Positions 31,103-32,000 of a stretch of DNA of 32,000 nt are shown piece by piece. The stretch is taken from the NCBI GenBank assembly GCA_963528875.1, contig CAURWT010000001.1:240001-272000 (forward strand), written 5' to 3'. The position numbers were made by a program, and so were the translations under genes. This DNA is from an uncultured Candidatus Saccharimonas sp. (GTDB lineage: Bacteria > Patescibacteriota > Saccharimonadia > Saccharimonadales > Saccharimonadaceae). Under the pieces are notes generated by a model. The model did not search any database and was not told the DNA's origin. It saw only the letters and a program-made list of their open reading frames with translations. How positions within the stretch are numbered: position 1 is the stretch's first letter; each line of letters starts with the position of its first letter.

Positions 31103-32000
31103 GTGGAGAATAAAGAAGAAAAACTTTTTAGAATGCGCCATAGCCTTGCTCATATTATGGCGGCGGCGGTTCAACAAATTTATAAGGACGCAAAATTTGG
31201 TGTTGGCCCAGCAATTAATGATGGTTTTTATTATGATATTGATTTAGGTGAAAATAAAATTTCAGAAAAAAACTTTGGAAAAATTGAAAAAGCTATGCGG
31301 CGAATTATTGCCGAAAAGCAAGATTTTGTGCGAAGCGAAGTTTCGATTGAAGAAGCAATCGAGTGGGCAAAAGAAAATAATCAGCCATATAAATTAGAGC
31401 TTTTGAACGATTTAAAAAAAGCCGGCACAACAAATGCGAAAATTCTTGCTGAGGGCGATTTTGAACTTGGTAACGGCGCTGAAACTGTTAGCTTTTATAC
31501 TAATGGAAATTATAAAGACTTGTGCCGTGGGCCACATCTTTCGAATACTGGAGAAGTTGGCGCTTTTAAATTGATGCGCGTTGCTGGTGCTTATTGGCGT
31601 GGTGATGAAAAAAATCCGCAGATGCAGCGTCTTTACGGTGTGGTTTTCGAAACTCAAGAAGAACTTAATGAATATCTTGAAAGAATGGAAGAAGCTAAAA
31701 AACGCGACCACCGCAAACTTGGTAAAGAGCTTGATTTGTATACCGTTTCTCCACTTGTTGGTATTGGTCTACCACTTTTCACGCCGCGTGGAACAATTTT
31801 ACGTGATGTTTTAGCGAACTATTCAAATCAATTACGCAAAAAATACGGTTTCGAAAAAGTTTGGACTCCGCACATTACTAAAAAAGATTTGTATGAAAAA
31901 TCTGGACACTGGGCTAAATTTGGCGAAGAACTTTTCTTGGTGAAATCGCAGGTTACTGGCGGTCAATTTGCTTTAAAACCTATGAACTGTCCGCACCATA
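31103..32000 (+). CDS. thrS: Threonyl-tRNA synthetase, N-terminal part (3' end outside the window); no TGS domain
   Basis: Not in the ORF track because there is no stop in the window. GTG at 31103 follows an in-frame TAA, and an alternative ATG lies at 31133. Translation gives RHSLAHIMAAAV, DLCRGPHL, AYWRGD, RDHRKLG and MNCPHH. Confidence 0.92.
   Translation, partial: MENKEEKLFRMRHSLAHIMAAAVQQIYKDAKFGVGPAINDGFYYDIDLGENKISEKNFGKIEKAMRRIIAEKQDFVRSEVSIEEAIEWAKENNQPYKLELLNDLKKAGTTNAKILAEGDFELGNGAETVSFYTNGNYKDLCRGPHLSNTGEVGAFKLMRVAGAYWRGDEKNPQMQRLYGVVFETQEELNEYLERMEEAKKRDHRKLGKELDLYTVSPLVGIGLPLFTPRGTILRDVLANYSNQLRKKYGFEKVWTPHITKKDLYEKSGHWAKFGEELFLVKSQVTGGQFALKPMNCPHH

Noticed and set aside
31412-31711. 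99-aa minus-strand ORF and a 77-aa plus-strand ORF (31581-31814) in the last kilobase
   Set aside because: Both overlap the uninterrupted ThrRS frame (31103 onward), which carries diagnostic motifs.

Overview
Low-GC bacterial chromosome segment, roughly 36-40% GC judged by eye and not computed. It is very gene-dense, almost all on the + strand, and uses the standard code: TGA is a real stop at 7274-7276. By inference, the content looks like a reduced-genome monoderm such as a CPR/Patescibacteria (Saccharibacteria-like) organism. Housekeeping genes: truB (partial), orn, dnaG-rpoD, mutM, holA, ftsK, rpsF-ssb-rpsR, efp, tlyA, ychF (-), xerC/D-like (-), ndk and thrS (partial). There are four tRNAs (Arg-CCU, Asp-GUC, Thr-CGU, Val-GAC), all with encoded CCA. 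A 10.3 kb type IV pilus operon with no secretin runs pilM-pilN-pilO-like, small TM protein, pilB, pilT, pilC, pilD, then three atypical pilin-like genes. There is also a membrane-embedded processive-type GT2 synthase. No rRNA, CRISPR array, transposase or phage genes were seen. The strongest signal is the palindrome TTTCGAAA (core TTCGAA). By manual scan it occurs about 47 times (core about 105 times) against about 1 (about 10-11) expected from composition. It appears in all three codon phases, in genes on both strands, and in intergenic DNA. It is nearly absent from two stretches with atypical codon usage: tlyA and the pilin genes. Other observations: many extended -10 promoters (TGnTAWAAT) sit 6-8 nt from start codons, implying leaderless mRNAs. 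Two tRNAs abut CDSs with 11-12 nt spacers. DnaG has lost all four zinc ligands, PilB lacks the tetracysteine motif, and EF-P carries Arg at the modified loop tip. A structured 650 bp non-coding island lies next to tRNA-Val.
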